A stretch of DNA of 32,000 bases, taken from NCBI GenBank assembly GCA_035380285.1, contig DAOSXE010000002.1, forward strand, positions 1,207 through 33,206, given 5' to 3'. The translations under genes were made by a program, and so were the position numbers. Under the pieces are notes generated by a model. It was not told the DNA's origin and searched no databases. It was given only the letters and a program-made list of their open reading frames with translations. This document shows positions 16,036 to 23,728 of this stretch, piece after piece. This DNA comes from a bacterium (GTDB lineage: Bacteria > Auribacterota > Erginobacteria > Erginobacterales > DAOSXE01). Within the stretch, counting starts at the first letter, position 1. Each line of letters starts with the position of its first letter.

Positions 16036-16760
16036 AACGAACCGTCGGCACTCTGGAGTACCGTACGAAAACCGGCGCCGGAGACCTGACTATTTTCGAA
16101 GTAAGGGAGGGGGAATCCGACCTGCGGGTGGCGGCGGAGCGCGATTATTCCCGGGAAGCGGCGGCGGCTCTGTCCCGGATCCGGAGAGGGCTCAAGGAGT
16201 TCACGGCCCGGGAGCCCCGGTTCGGATCCACCTTTCTCCCCTGGTTCCCGGCCGGAGCCGTCCCCGCCCCCTTGCGGCGCATGGCCGAGGCCGCGGCCCG
16301 GTTCAACCTGGGCCCCATGGCGGCGGTGGCGGGCGCCGTGGCCGAAGCGGTGGGACAAGCCCTGCCGGGAACGGAAGCGATCGTCGAAAACGGCGGCGAC
16401 CTCTTCATCCGCTCCGCCCGCGGGCGTTTCGTGGAGATTCTTCCCGGCCCGGGCCACCCCCTGGCGGGGAAACTGACGTTGGCGGTGCCCCCGGCCCCCG
16501 GAGGAATCGGCATAGCCACTTCCTCGGGACGCTGGGGCCGCTCGATCAGCTTCGGGAACGCCGATTCGGTCACGGTGGTGGCCGACGACCCCATCTGGGC
16601 CGACGCCGGCGCCACGTCGCTGGCCAACCGCGTCGCCCGGGAAGATCGGGCCCGCAACCCCCGAACGGGCGACTACCTGCTGGAAGCGGGCGGGGTGCGC
16701 GGCTTCCTGATCGTCTGCGGCGGAACCGTTCACCTCCGGGGGCGGATTTCCCTGGCCTAG
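16032..16760 (+). CDS. UPF0280 / COG2122 family protein (ApbE-like superfamily), 242 aa
   Basis: The GTG at 16032 overlaps the comEA-like stop (GTGA). LGPMAAVAGAVAEAVGQAL, ENGGDLFI, GIATSSGRWGRSISFGNADSVTVVADDPIWADAGATSLANRV match my memory of the UPF0280 pattern. The assignment is from recall, not a search. Confidence 0.7.
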   Translation: MKRTVGTLEYRTKTGAGDLTIFEVREGESDLRVAAERDYSREAAAALSRIRRGLKEFTAREPRFGSTFLPWFPAGAVPAPLRRMAEAAARFNLGPMAAVAGAVAEAVGQALPGTEAIVENGGDLFIRSARGRFVEILPGPGHPLAGKLTLAVPPAPGGIGIATSSGRWGRSISFGNADSVTVVADDPIWADAGATSLANRVAREDRARNPRTGDYLLEAGGVRGFLIVCGGTVHLRGRISLA

Positions 16761-16773
16761 GGCCTAAATTTTG

Positions 16774-16806
16774 TTGCTCGGGAGCCCCTGGGAATGGTAC
16801 TATAAT
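16774..16806 (+). promoter_or_regulatory. Candidate promoter for the two large secreted-protein genes
   Basis: TTGCTC (16774-16779), an 18-nt spacer, then TACTAT (16798-16803), which overlaps a perfect TATAAT (16801-16806). A G-rich RBS (16835-16840) precedes the ATG at 16846. This is the only sizeable intergenic gap (85 nt) between 11.3 and 23.7 kb. Confidence 0.45.
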
Positions 16807-16845
16807 TTGACGACTAAAAGCTCCATACCGCCACAGGGGGGTTAG

Positions 16846-19206
16846 ATGACAACCTTGGTCAGGAAGCCTGTATTCATGCTGGTTTGCGCCTTCGCGATCT
16901 TTGCCGTATCCGCCCCGTTGCCGCGAGCGGAGGCGGCGGGGCCCACCCCGGAGGACCAGGCGCTTTTGGAAGAAATGCGCCAGGAGATCGCGGCGCAGGG
17001 CTACGGATTCACCGTGGACTGGGATCCTCACCTCAACTCCGACGCCTGGTTCACCCCGGACCGCTCGGCCAAGGACAGACTGCCCCGGGCCCTTCCTCCC
17101 CGTACCGCCGCTCCCTTGCCGACCGCCTTCAGCTGGGCGGACTACGACGCCCTGACCCCGGTCCGGGACCAGGGGTACGTCTGCGCCGGCGGCTGGGCCT
17201 TCGCCATGGGGGGGGTGGTCGAATCTCTCTTCAAGATGAGCTACGGCCTCGATCTGGATATCTCCGAACAGTGGATCATCGAGTGCAACACCCTGGGGTA
17301 CGACTGCATCCCCAGCCACGACGCCTACTTCTGCTACCAGTTTCTCTGCGACCAGCCGGCCCTCGACGGCGAAGCCGGGATCGTCCCCGAATCCGAGTTT
17401 TTCTACGCCGACACCGACGTCCTTCCCTGTTCCACCAACTACCCTTACCTCAAGGTCGGCCGGCTGGACAGTTTTCTCCTGGTGGGAGACGACGGCGACC
17501 TCAGCGACCCCGAGCCCCGGGTCGAGGATATCAAGCGCGCCATCTACGAAACCGGCCCGGTCTCGGTCATGCTGGGCGCCGATATTTATTTCAGCGGCTA
17601 TTCGGGGGGGATTTTCGACTACGACATCCGTGAACCGGAAGCGGTCCAGGCCGTGGTCCTGTACGGCTGGGACGATTCCCAGGGCGACCACGGGGTCTGG
17701 TTCCTCCGCAACAGCTTCGGAACCGGCTGGGGCGAGCCCATGAGCTACAGCACCGGAATCTCCCCCGGTCCCGACCGGGGCTACATGCGCATCGCCTACG
17801 GCGCCAGCCGGGTGGGGATCGACGCTCAATACGCCGAATTCCAGCCCTCGACCCAGCGGCGCTCCTACAGTGTGAGGCGGTTCGAGAACGATTTTACGGG
17901 AGGGGGCACCGCCCAAAACTGGAAAGCGGACGAGGCGCTCTGGCAGTACGCGCTGCCCTTCACCTTCCCCTTCTACCGGCGCCCCTACAACAATATCTGG
18001 GTGTCTTCCAACGGCTACATATCCTTCTCCGCCGGGACCTGTCTCTGGAACGCCGATATCGACACCCTGCGCTCCACCCGCATGATCGCTCCCTTCTGGA
18101 TCGACCTTTCCACGGCCGACACGGGCCGGGACATCTACATCGACGAGCAGACCGACAACGTCACCATCCGCTGGAACGCCATCCAGCCCGGGCTTCCCAC
18201 CATCGCCATCCAGGCCGAACTCATTCTCAACCGCGACGGCAGTTTCCAGATCAACTACGGCGACGGCAACATCTTCGCCGGTTTCTACCCGGTCGTCGGC
18301 TTCTCCGACGGCAACGGTATCGACTTTCAGCTTACCGACTGCAACGGGCGCTGGAACCTCCAGTCCGATTTCCCCGAAACCAACAATTACACCGGGGCTT
18401 TCTGCCCCGGGGTGCTCAAATCCCGCCGGGTGCTCTCCCGCACCTTTACCCCGATCAGCTCCGCCGCCGGAATCGTCGACGGCGACTACAGCGGCAACGG
18501 GAAATCCGATATCGCGGTGCTGCGGTCCTACCGGGGCAAGTGGAGCATCCGGGGATTTTCGAACGTATACTACGGCGCGGCCGGCGACCTCCCGGTCTCC
18601 GGCGACTACGACGGCGACGGCACCGCCGACATCGCCGTTTTCCGGCCCTCCACCGGCCTCTGGGCCGTCCGCGGCGTCACCGCCGCCTACTACGGAATTC
18701 TGGGCGACAAGGCCGTTCCCGCCGATTACAACGGGGACGGCAAAACCGACATCGCCGTTTTCCGGCCCGATACCGCCGCCTGGAGCGTCCGGAACCTCAG
18801 CCACTTCTACCACGGCAAACGCATGGACGTCCCTCTCCCGGGGGATTACAACGGCGACGGCAGAGCCGAAGCCGCCGTCTACCGGCCCTTGACCGGCGGC
18901 TGGATGATCCGGGGGATGGGTTCCCGGTGGCTGGGCACCTACGGGGACATTCCCGTCCCCGGAGATTACTCCGGGGACGGCAGCACCTACCCGGCGATCT
19001 TCCGGCCTTCCTCCGGGCTCTGGGTGATCCAGGGCCTTTCCCGGCTCTACTTCGGGGCTCCCGGAGATTCGCCGGTGCCGCTCGACTATTCGGGGGTGGA
19101 CGCCCTGCGCTTGGGCATATTCCGTCCCTCCAGCGGCCTCTGGGTCGTCCGGCAAGTCACCCGCGCCTACTTCGGAGCCACCGGGGATACCCCCGTCACC
19201 AAATAA
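16846..19206 (+). CDS. Secreted multidomain protein, 786 aa: papain-like (C1) domain with substituted catalytic Cys/His, NIDO-like middle domain, six C-terminal FG-GAP/VCBS-like repeats
   Basis: Signal peptide: MTTLVRKPVFMLVCAFAIFAVSAPLPRAEA. C1-like motifs: VRDQGYVCAGGWAFAMGG, QAVVLYGWDD, VWFLRNSFGTGWGEPMSY. Middle domain: LPFTFPFYRRPYNNIWVSSNGYISF...IAPFWIDLS. The C-terminal repeats are listed separately. Confidence 0.85.
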   Translation: MTTLVRKPVFMLVCAFAIFAVSAPLPRAEAAGPTPEDQALLEEMRQEIAAQGYGFTVDWDPHLNSDAWFTPDRSAKDRLPRALPPRTAAPLPTAFSWADYDALTPVRDQGYVCAGGWAFAMGGVVESLFKMSYGLDLDISEQWIIECNTLGYDCIPSHDAYFCYQFLCDQPALDGEAGIVPESEFFYADTDVLPCSTNYPYLKVGRLDSFLLVGDDGDLSDPEPRVEDIKRAIYETGPVSVMLGADIYFSGYSGGIFDYDIREPEAVQAVVLYGWDDSQGDHGVWFLRNSFGTGWGEPMSYSTGISPGPDRGYMRIAYGASRVGIDAQYAEFQPSTQRRSYSVRRFENDFTGGGTAQNWKADEALWQYALPFTFPFYRRPYNNIWVSSNGYISFSAGTCLWNADIDTLRSTRMIAPFWIDLSTADTGRDIYIDEQTDNVTIRWNAIQPGLPTIAIQAELILNRDGSFQINYGDGNIFAGFYPVVGFSDGNGIDFQLTDCNGRWNLQSDFPETNNYTGAFCPGVLKSRRVLSRTFTPISSAAGIVDGDYSGNGKSDIAVLRSYRGKWSIRGFSNVYYGAAGDLPVSGDYDGDGTADIAVFRPSTGLWAVRGVTAAYYGILGDKAVPADYNGDGKTDIAVFRPDTAAWSVRNLSHFYHGKRMDVPLPGDYNGDGRAEAAVYRPLTGGWMIRGMGSRWLGTYGDIPVPGDYSGDGSTYPAIFRPSSGLWVIQGLSRLYFGAPGDSPVPLDYSGVDALRLGIFRPSSGLWVVRQVTRAYFGATGDTPVTK
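18478..19203 (+). repeat. Six tandem ~40-aa FG-GAP/VCBS-like repeats (coding), C-terminus of the 786-aa protein
   Basis: Unit consensus is DY[DN]GDGxxDxAVFRPSxGLWxVRGxxxxYFGxxGDxPVPx. Examples: DYDGDGTADIAVFRPSTGLWAVRGVTAAYYGILGDKAVPA and DYNGDGKTDIAVFRPDTAAWSVRNLSHFYHGKRMDVPLPG. Confidence 0.85.
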
Positions 19207-19250
19207 TGAACGTACTGGTCACAAGCAACAAATACCTGCCGAGGTTGTCG

Positions 19251-22200
19251 ATGAGAGTTTTTGTACGCACCGTTTTCAGCGCAGCCGCCGCCCTGGCGTT
19301 GTTTCTGCCCCCGGCGTTTTCCCAGGCCCAGTGGGGGTCGGGAGTGATCAAGGGGCGGGTGACCGACGCCGCCACCGGAGCGGGCATCGCCGGAGTGAGG
19401 ATGCTGGCCATGTCTTCCGGGGGAGGCCGGGCCGGAGTTACCGACGCCGGCGGCTACTACACCCTGAGCAACCTCATCCCCGGACTCTACCGGCTTCAAG
19501 CCTACACCGACCTGGAGTTCCCCGGCATCGGCTACGCCACCCAATACTACTCGCAGAAGTACTACTTCGAGACCGCGGATCCGATCAAGGCCGAAAACGG
19601 GGTGGAGACGACCGGAGTGGATATGCAGCTGGACCGGGGGGCGGTCATCACCGGGCAACTGACCGACGCCCACACCGGGGAAGTGGTCGTCGGGCTCAAG
19701 ATCGCCGCCTACACCCTGGGCGAGAAAGCCGCTTTCTGGAACAACTCCGACGAGAACGGCATCTTCGAACTCCAGCCCCTGCGTGACGGCTACTACCGGC
19801 TTCTGGCCTACACCCAGCCCTACAACTACACCAACCCCGAGGGGAAATGTTTCCAGCAGGAGTGGTACCTGCACAGCGAATTCGGGTCCGCGACCGTTTT
19901 TCAGGTCGCCAAGGGAGAAGTGCGGACCCTGAGCGGGCCCTGGGAACTGGATTACTGCAAGACCCCCACGCCCGAGCCCGAGCCCACTCCAACTCCGGAA
20001 CCGCCCCCGCTGCAGATCTACCAGGTCTGGCCCGGCTACCCCTCCGACCCGGGCGACGGCATCGGCCAGGCCACCGTGGTCATCGCCCCCAACGACAAGG
20101 TCTGGCTCTTCGACTGCGGCGACCGCTACTGGGCCGGGGAGCTGGATAAGGACTGTCCCCGGGAAGTTCTCTACCTCCTCGATTCCCTCGGCTACAGTTC
20201 GATCGACTACGCCGTGGTCAGCCACTACGACGCCGACCACTGTTACGGATTCATCACCATCGCCAACGGCACCGGCGACCCCGGCGACCCGCCCCTGGTC
20301 CGGGACGGGGTGGGACAGATCCCGGTGGCGTACGACCGAGGCGGCACCACCGACGTCGACGGGGATCCCCTCTCGGTCTTCTACACCGCTGGGATCTCCC
20401 AGCGCAAGACCCCGGTCCTGGGGACCGACATTCCCCTGGGCAGCGGGGCGGTCCTGCGCTGGCTGGCTTTCGGGAACCCCAACTACGGGGCTCCGGGAGA
20501 GACCAACGAAGTCTACGTCCTCGACCACGCCCCCCTGACCACGGCCGACGGCAACATCGACGAAAACTCCAAGAGCATCGTCGTTTCCCTGCTCTACGGG
20601 GGCTTCGACTACTACATCGGCGGCGATTCGACCTGCAGCTCCCTCAGCTCCTTCGTGGGGGTGGAGGAGGCCGTAAGCGAAGTGTACCGGACCACGTTCA
20701 ACCGCTCCTTCGACATCATCCTCCTCGACCACCACGGGTCCAGTTACCACACCCCCACCTACTTCCTCATGCGCACCCTCCCCGAGGCGGCCATGGTGGC
20801 CTGCTGGGACAACAATTACGGCCACCCCACCTGCGCCACGCTGGACCGGGTGGTGCAGTACACCGAAACCGGCCCCGGGCGCCAGTCGGTCTTCCAGGTC
20901 GACGAGGGGAGCAGCTCCTACCCCTGCAACGCCTACGCCCTCTCCGCCAACGCCCCCATCCGGATCTTCACCGACGGCTACTACTACTCGATCGAACCCC
21001 GTTCCGACCTGGCCCCGGCCTACTACACCACCGCCTCCCCGCTCCCGATCTCCCGGTATACCTCCCTGGACCCGATCACCGACACCGCCTGGGACAACCA
21101 CCCGGTCGACGACATCGGCATCCCCACGCCCACTCCGGCACCCACCCCCCCGGTGGAGCGTTCGGTCGTCATCAACGAAGTCTGCTGGGCCGGGACCCAG
21201 GCCAGTTATTATGACGAGTGGATCGAGTTCTACAACCGTACCGACACCGCCGTCGACATCAGCTCCTGGTCGATCATCAGCCCCCGCTACTCCTTCAACT
21301 TCTCCGAAGCCGAGGGTTCTCTGGTGATTCCGGCCCACGGCTACTGGGTCTTCGCCGACAAGCAGATCTTCTCTTCGGGAGCGACGGTCAATATCACCGG
21401 GTCCATCGCCCTCTACAACGACAACCAGGGTCAGTTCCGGCTTTACAACCAGCCCGACGGCGCCGGGGTCCTGGTCGACGCCGTCAACCCCGACGGAGCC
21501 ACCGTCTGGTGCGGAGGGTCCAGCGGGGGAGAGGCCGACCGCCGCAGCATGGAGCGCAGGAACTGGGGCCTGGACGGCGCCGTCTGCGCCAACTGGTGCA
21601 CCTACGGGGGCGTACCCGTCGTCGAGGACAGCAGCGGGTACCCGGTCCTGGGCAGCCCGGGCTACGAAAACAGCTGTTTCTTCACCACCCCCTCGCCGTC
21701 GCCCTCTCCCATCGCCTCCCCGACCCCGACGACGACTCCGATCGGCTTCAAAACCCCCAGCCCCTCGACCACCCCCACTCCGCTGCCGCCGGTGGTCATC
21801 GTCAACGAGATCGCCTGGTCCGGCACCGCCGCCGGCGGGAGCTACGAGTGGATCGAGCTCTACAACGCCACCGGGAGCACGGTCGACCTCACCAACTGGT
21901 TCCTCGAAATCGGCGGCGTCAGCATCGACCTGACCGGGTCCATCGACCCCATGGGATACTACCTGCTGGAACGCTACCAGGCGGCCGTCAGCGACATCCC
22001 CGGCGACATGGTCTACGACTTCGGTTCCATCAGCAACCTGGGGGAGACGGTCGCCCTGCTCAACACCGGAATAACCGTGGACTTCATCGACTGCCTGAGC
22101 GGCTGGTTCGCCGGTTCGGCCAGCCCCGGGTATTACTCGATGGAAAGAATCTACCCCGGCTACTCCGGTTCCAACCCCTCAAACTGGCAGAACAACAACG

Positions 22201-23660
22201 GCGTCCAGACCAACGGCCACGACGCCGACGGGAACCCCCTCAACGCCACCGCCCGGGCCCAGAACAGCGCCTACCTGCCCACGCCTCCGCCGACGCCGAG
22301 AGTCATCACTCCCACCCCCACCATATCCCCCATCACGCCGACCCCGACCGTGACCCCGTTCGGCTACAAGACTCCCCCCCCGACGCCGCCGCCGCCGGCG
22401 GTCGTCATCAACGAAGTCGCCTGGGCCGGGACCGCGGCCTCCACCAGCGACGAGTGGATGGAGCTCTACAACAACACCGGCAGCGCCGTCAGCCTGGCCG
22501 GCTGGGTTCTGGCCTCCACCGACGGCAACCCCAACATCTCTCTCGCGGGGTCGATCGGTGCCCACTCCTACTACCTGATCGAGCGCACCGACGACAACGT
22601 CATCAGCGACATCCCCGGCGACCTGGTGGTCAGTTTCGGCACCGGCCTCTCCAACACCGGGGAGCACCTGCAGCTCAAGAACGGGGCGGCCGAAGTGGTG
22701 GACGAACTCGACTGTTCCGGGGGCTGGTGGGGCGGCGACAACACCACCAAGGCCACCATGGAACGGATCGATCCCGAGGAATACGGCAACCTCTCCTCCA
22801 ACTGGAGCTCCTGGGCGGGACCGTCCTGGAACGGCCGAGACGCCAACAACAACCCGGTCAAGGGTACCGCCCGGGCCCAGAACAGCATCTACGCGCCCGG
22901 ATCCGCGTTCCTGCGCCTGGACAACGGCGATTACAACGGCGACGGCATCGCCGATATCGCCGTCTTCCGTCCCTCCTCGGGGCTCTGGGTGATCCGGCTG
23001 TTGAGCAGCTTCCACTTCGGACGCCCCGGCGACCTGCCCGTCTCCGGGGATTACGACGGCGACGGGACTTCCGACGCCGCCGTGTACCGCCCCGAAAAAG
23101 GCCTCTGGCTCTCCGCCTCGGGTCTCAGGCTCTACCTGGGCCGCGGCGGTGACGTTCCCGTTCCCCGCGACTACAACGGCGACGGCATCACCGATCCCGC
23201 CGTCTTCCGTCCCGCATCGGCCCTCTGGGTCGTCGACGGACAGGAGCGCTTCTACTACGGCGCTCCCGGCGATCTGGCCGTTCCGGCGGACTACCTCGGA
23301 ACCGGCGCCGTGCCCGCCGTCTTCCGGGAAGGTTCCGGACTCTGGGCCGTCCGGGGCGGTTTCAAGACCTGGCTGGGCCGAAGCGGAGATATTCCCGTCC
23401 CCGCCGATTACGACGGCGACGGGCGGGCCGACGTGGCCGTCTATCGTCCTTCCTCCGGGCTCTGGGCCGGAGAAGCGGGCCTTTCCTACTTCGGCGCTCC
23501 GGGCGACCTGCCGCTTCCCGCCGATTACAACGGCGACGGCACCGCTCAGTCCGCGGTCTACCGCCCGTCCAAATCGCTCTGGGCGATCGAGGAAGGCGAG
23601 GGAAAAACCGGAGCGATAATCTACTTCGGGACCGCGGAAGACATCCCGGCCACCCGGTAA
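19251..23660 (+). CDS. Very large secreted protein, 1469 aa: 2x CarboxypepD_reg-like, ComEC-type MBL-fold domain, 3x lamin-tail domain (LTD), 6x FG-GAP/VCBS-like repeats
   Basis: The ATG at 19251 follows GAGG with a 6-nt spacer and gives signal peptide MRVFVRTVFSAAAALALFLPPAFSQA. An alternative ATG at 19206 overlaps the upstream stop (TAATG). Motifs seen:
- CarboxypepD_reg-like: GVIKGRVTDAATGAGIAGVRML...GYYTLSNLIPGLYRLQAY
- MBL: VWLFDCGD, VVSHYDADHCYG, LLYGGFDYYIGGD, LLDHHGS
- LTD starts: VVINEVCWAG...DEWIEFYN, VVIVNEIAWSG...YEWIELYN, VVINEVAWAG...DEWMELYN
Pro/Thr-rich linkers separate the domains. Confidence 0.85.
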   Translation: MRVFVRTVFSAAAALALFLPPAFSQAQWGSGVIKGRVTDAATGAGIAGVRMLAMSSGGGRAGVTDAGGYYTLSNLIPGLYRLQAYTDLEFPGIGYATQYYSQKYYFETADPIKAENGVETTGVDMQLDRGAVITGQLTDAHTGEVVVGLKIAAYTLGEKAAFWNNSDENGIFELQPLRDGYYRLLAYTQPYNYTNPEGKCFQQEWYLHSEFGSATVFQVAKGEVRTLSGPWELDYCKTPTPEPEPTPTPEPPPLQIYQVWPGYPSDPGDGIGQATVVIAPNDKVWLFDCGDRYWAGELDKDCPREVLYLLDSLGYSSIDYAVVSHYDADHCYGFITIANGTGDPGDPPLVRDGVGQIPVAYDRGGTTDVDGDPLSVFYTAGISQRKTPVLGTDIPLGSGAVLRWLAFGNPNYGAPGETNEVYVLDHAPLTTADGNIDENSKSIVVSLLYGGFDYYIGGDSTCSSLSSFVGVEEAVSEVYRTTFNRSFDIILLDHHGSSYHTPTYFLMRTLPEAAMVACWDNNYGHPTCATLDRVVQYTETGPGRQSVFQVDEGSSSYPCNAYALSANAPIRIFTDGYYYSIEPRSDLAPAYYTTASPLPISRYTSLDPITDTAWDNHPVDDIGIPTPTPAPTPPVERSVVINEVCWAGTQASYYDEWIEFYNRTDTAVDISSWSIISPRYSFNFSEAEGSLVIPAHGYWVFADKQIFSSGATVNITGSIALYNDNQGQFRLYNQPDGAGVLVDAVNPDGATVWCGGSSGGEADRRSMERRNWGLDGAVCANWCTYGGVPVVEDSSGYPVLGSPGYENSCFFTTPSPSPSPIASPTPTTTPIGFKTPSPSTTPTPLPPVVIVNEIAWSGTAAGGSYEWIELYNATGSTVDLTNWFLEIGGVSIDLTGSIDPMGYYLLERYQAAVSDIPGDMVYDFGSISNLGETVALLNTGITVDFIDCLSGWFAGSASPGYYSMERIYPGYSGSNPSNWQNNNGVQTNGHDADGNPLNATARAQNSAYLPTPPPTPRVITPTPTISPITPTPTVTPFGYKTPPPTPPPPAVVINEVAWAGTAASTSDEWMELYNNTGSAVSLAGWVLASTDGNPNISLAGSIGAHSYYLIERTDDNVISDIPGDLVVSFGTGLSNTGEHLQLKNGAAEVVDELDCSGGWWGGDNTTKATMERIDPEEYGNLSSNWSSWAGPSWNGRDANNNPVKGTARAQNSIYAPGSAFLRLDNGDYNGDGIADIAVFRPSSGLWVIRLLSSFHFGRPGDLPVSGDYDGDGTSDAAVYRPEKGLWLSASGLRLYLGRGGDVPVPRDYNGDGITDPAVFRPASALWVVDGQERFYYGAPGDLAVPADYLGTGAVPAVFREGSGLWAVRGGFKTWLGRSGDIPVPADYDGDGRADVAVYRPSSGLWAGEAGLSYFGAPGDLPLPADYNGDGTAQSAVYRPSKSLWAIEEGEGKTGAIIYFGTAEDIPATR
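21165..22895 (+). repeat. Three tandem lamin-tail-domain (LTD) copies separated by Pro/Thr/Ser linkers (coding)
   Basis: Copies start at about 21165, 21792 and 22401. The first and third begin with nearly identical DNA (gtcgtcatcaacgaagtc.gc.tgggccgggacc). Copies two and three end with NP[LV].[AG]TARAQNS.Y. Confidence 0.8.
22929..23657 (+). repeat. Six tandem ~40-aa FG-GAP/VCBS-like repeats (coding), C-terminus of the 1469-aa protein
   Basis: Same unit as at 18478-19203. Examples: DYNGDGIADIAVFRPSSGLWVIRLLSSFHFGRPGDLPVSG and DYDGDGRADVAVYRPSSGLWAGEAGLSYFGAPGDLPLPA. Confidence 0.85.
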
Positions 23661-23673
23661 CGCTTCCGCCGTT

Positions 23674-23710
23674 CGGAGAAAGCGTCCGCCGCCGGCGGGC
23701 GCTTTCTCCG
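23674..23710 (+). terminator. Strong GC-rich hairpin just after the large gene; probable terminator or RNA-stabilising stem, no U tract
   Basis: CGGAGAAAGCG (23674-23684) pairs perfectly with CGCTTTCTCCG (23700-23710). Six further inner pairs (tccgcc/ggcggg, one G-U) leave a 3-nt loop. It starts 14 nt after the TAA at 23658-23660. Downstream sequence is ggcggcaacgg, not T-rich. Confidence 0.45.
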
Positions 23711-23728
23711 GGCGGCAACGGTGGGCGG

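Noticed and set aside
18540-19250. N-terminal extension of the 1706-aa track ORF into the upstream gene
   Set aside because: The extension is an R/P/G-rich alternative frame of the FG-GAP repeats. A proper RBS and signal peptide begin at 19251 (or ATG 19206).
16570-21338. 861-aa and 723-aa minus-strand ORFs antisense to the two giant secreted-protein genes
   Set aside because: Same reasoning: G/V/D/P-rich mirror translations of repeat-rich genes, with no start-site signals or recognisable domains.
18478-23657. Tandem repeats considered as possible CRISPR array, satellite or diversity-generating retroelement target
   Set aside because: The repeats are in-frame 120-nt protein repeats with divergent DNA. 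There are no spacers, no reverse transcriptase gene, and no template/variable repeat pair with adenine-specific differences.
23661-23728. SAM or other riboswitch upstream of the homocysteine-synthesis genes
   Set aside because: The 68-nt gap is almost entirely one simple long hairpin. This is too small and too simple for a SAM riboswitch, and it is better explained as the terminator or stabiliser of the upstream gene.
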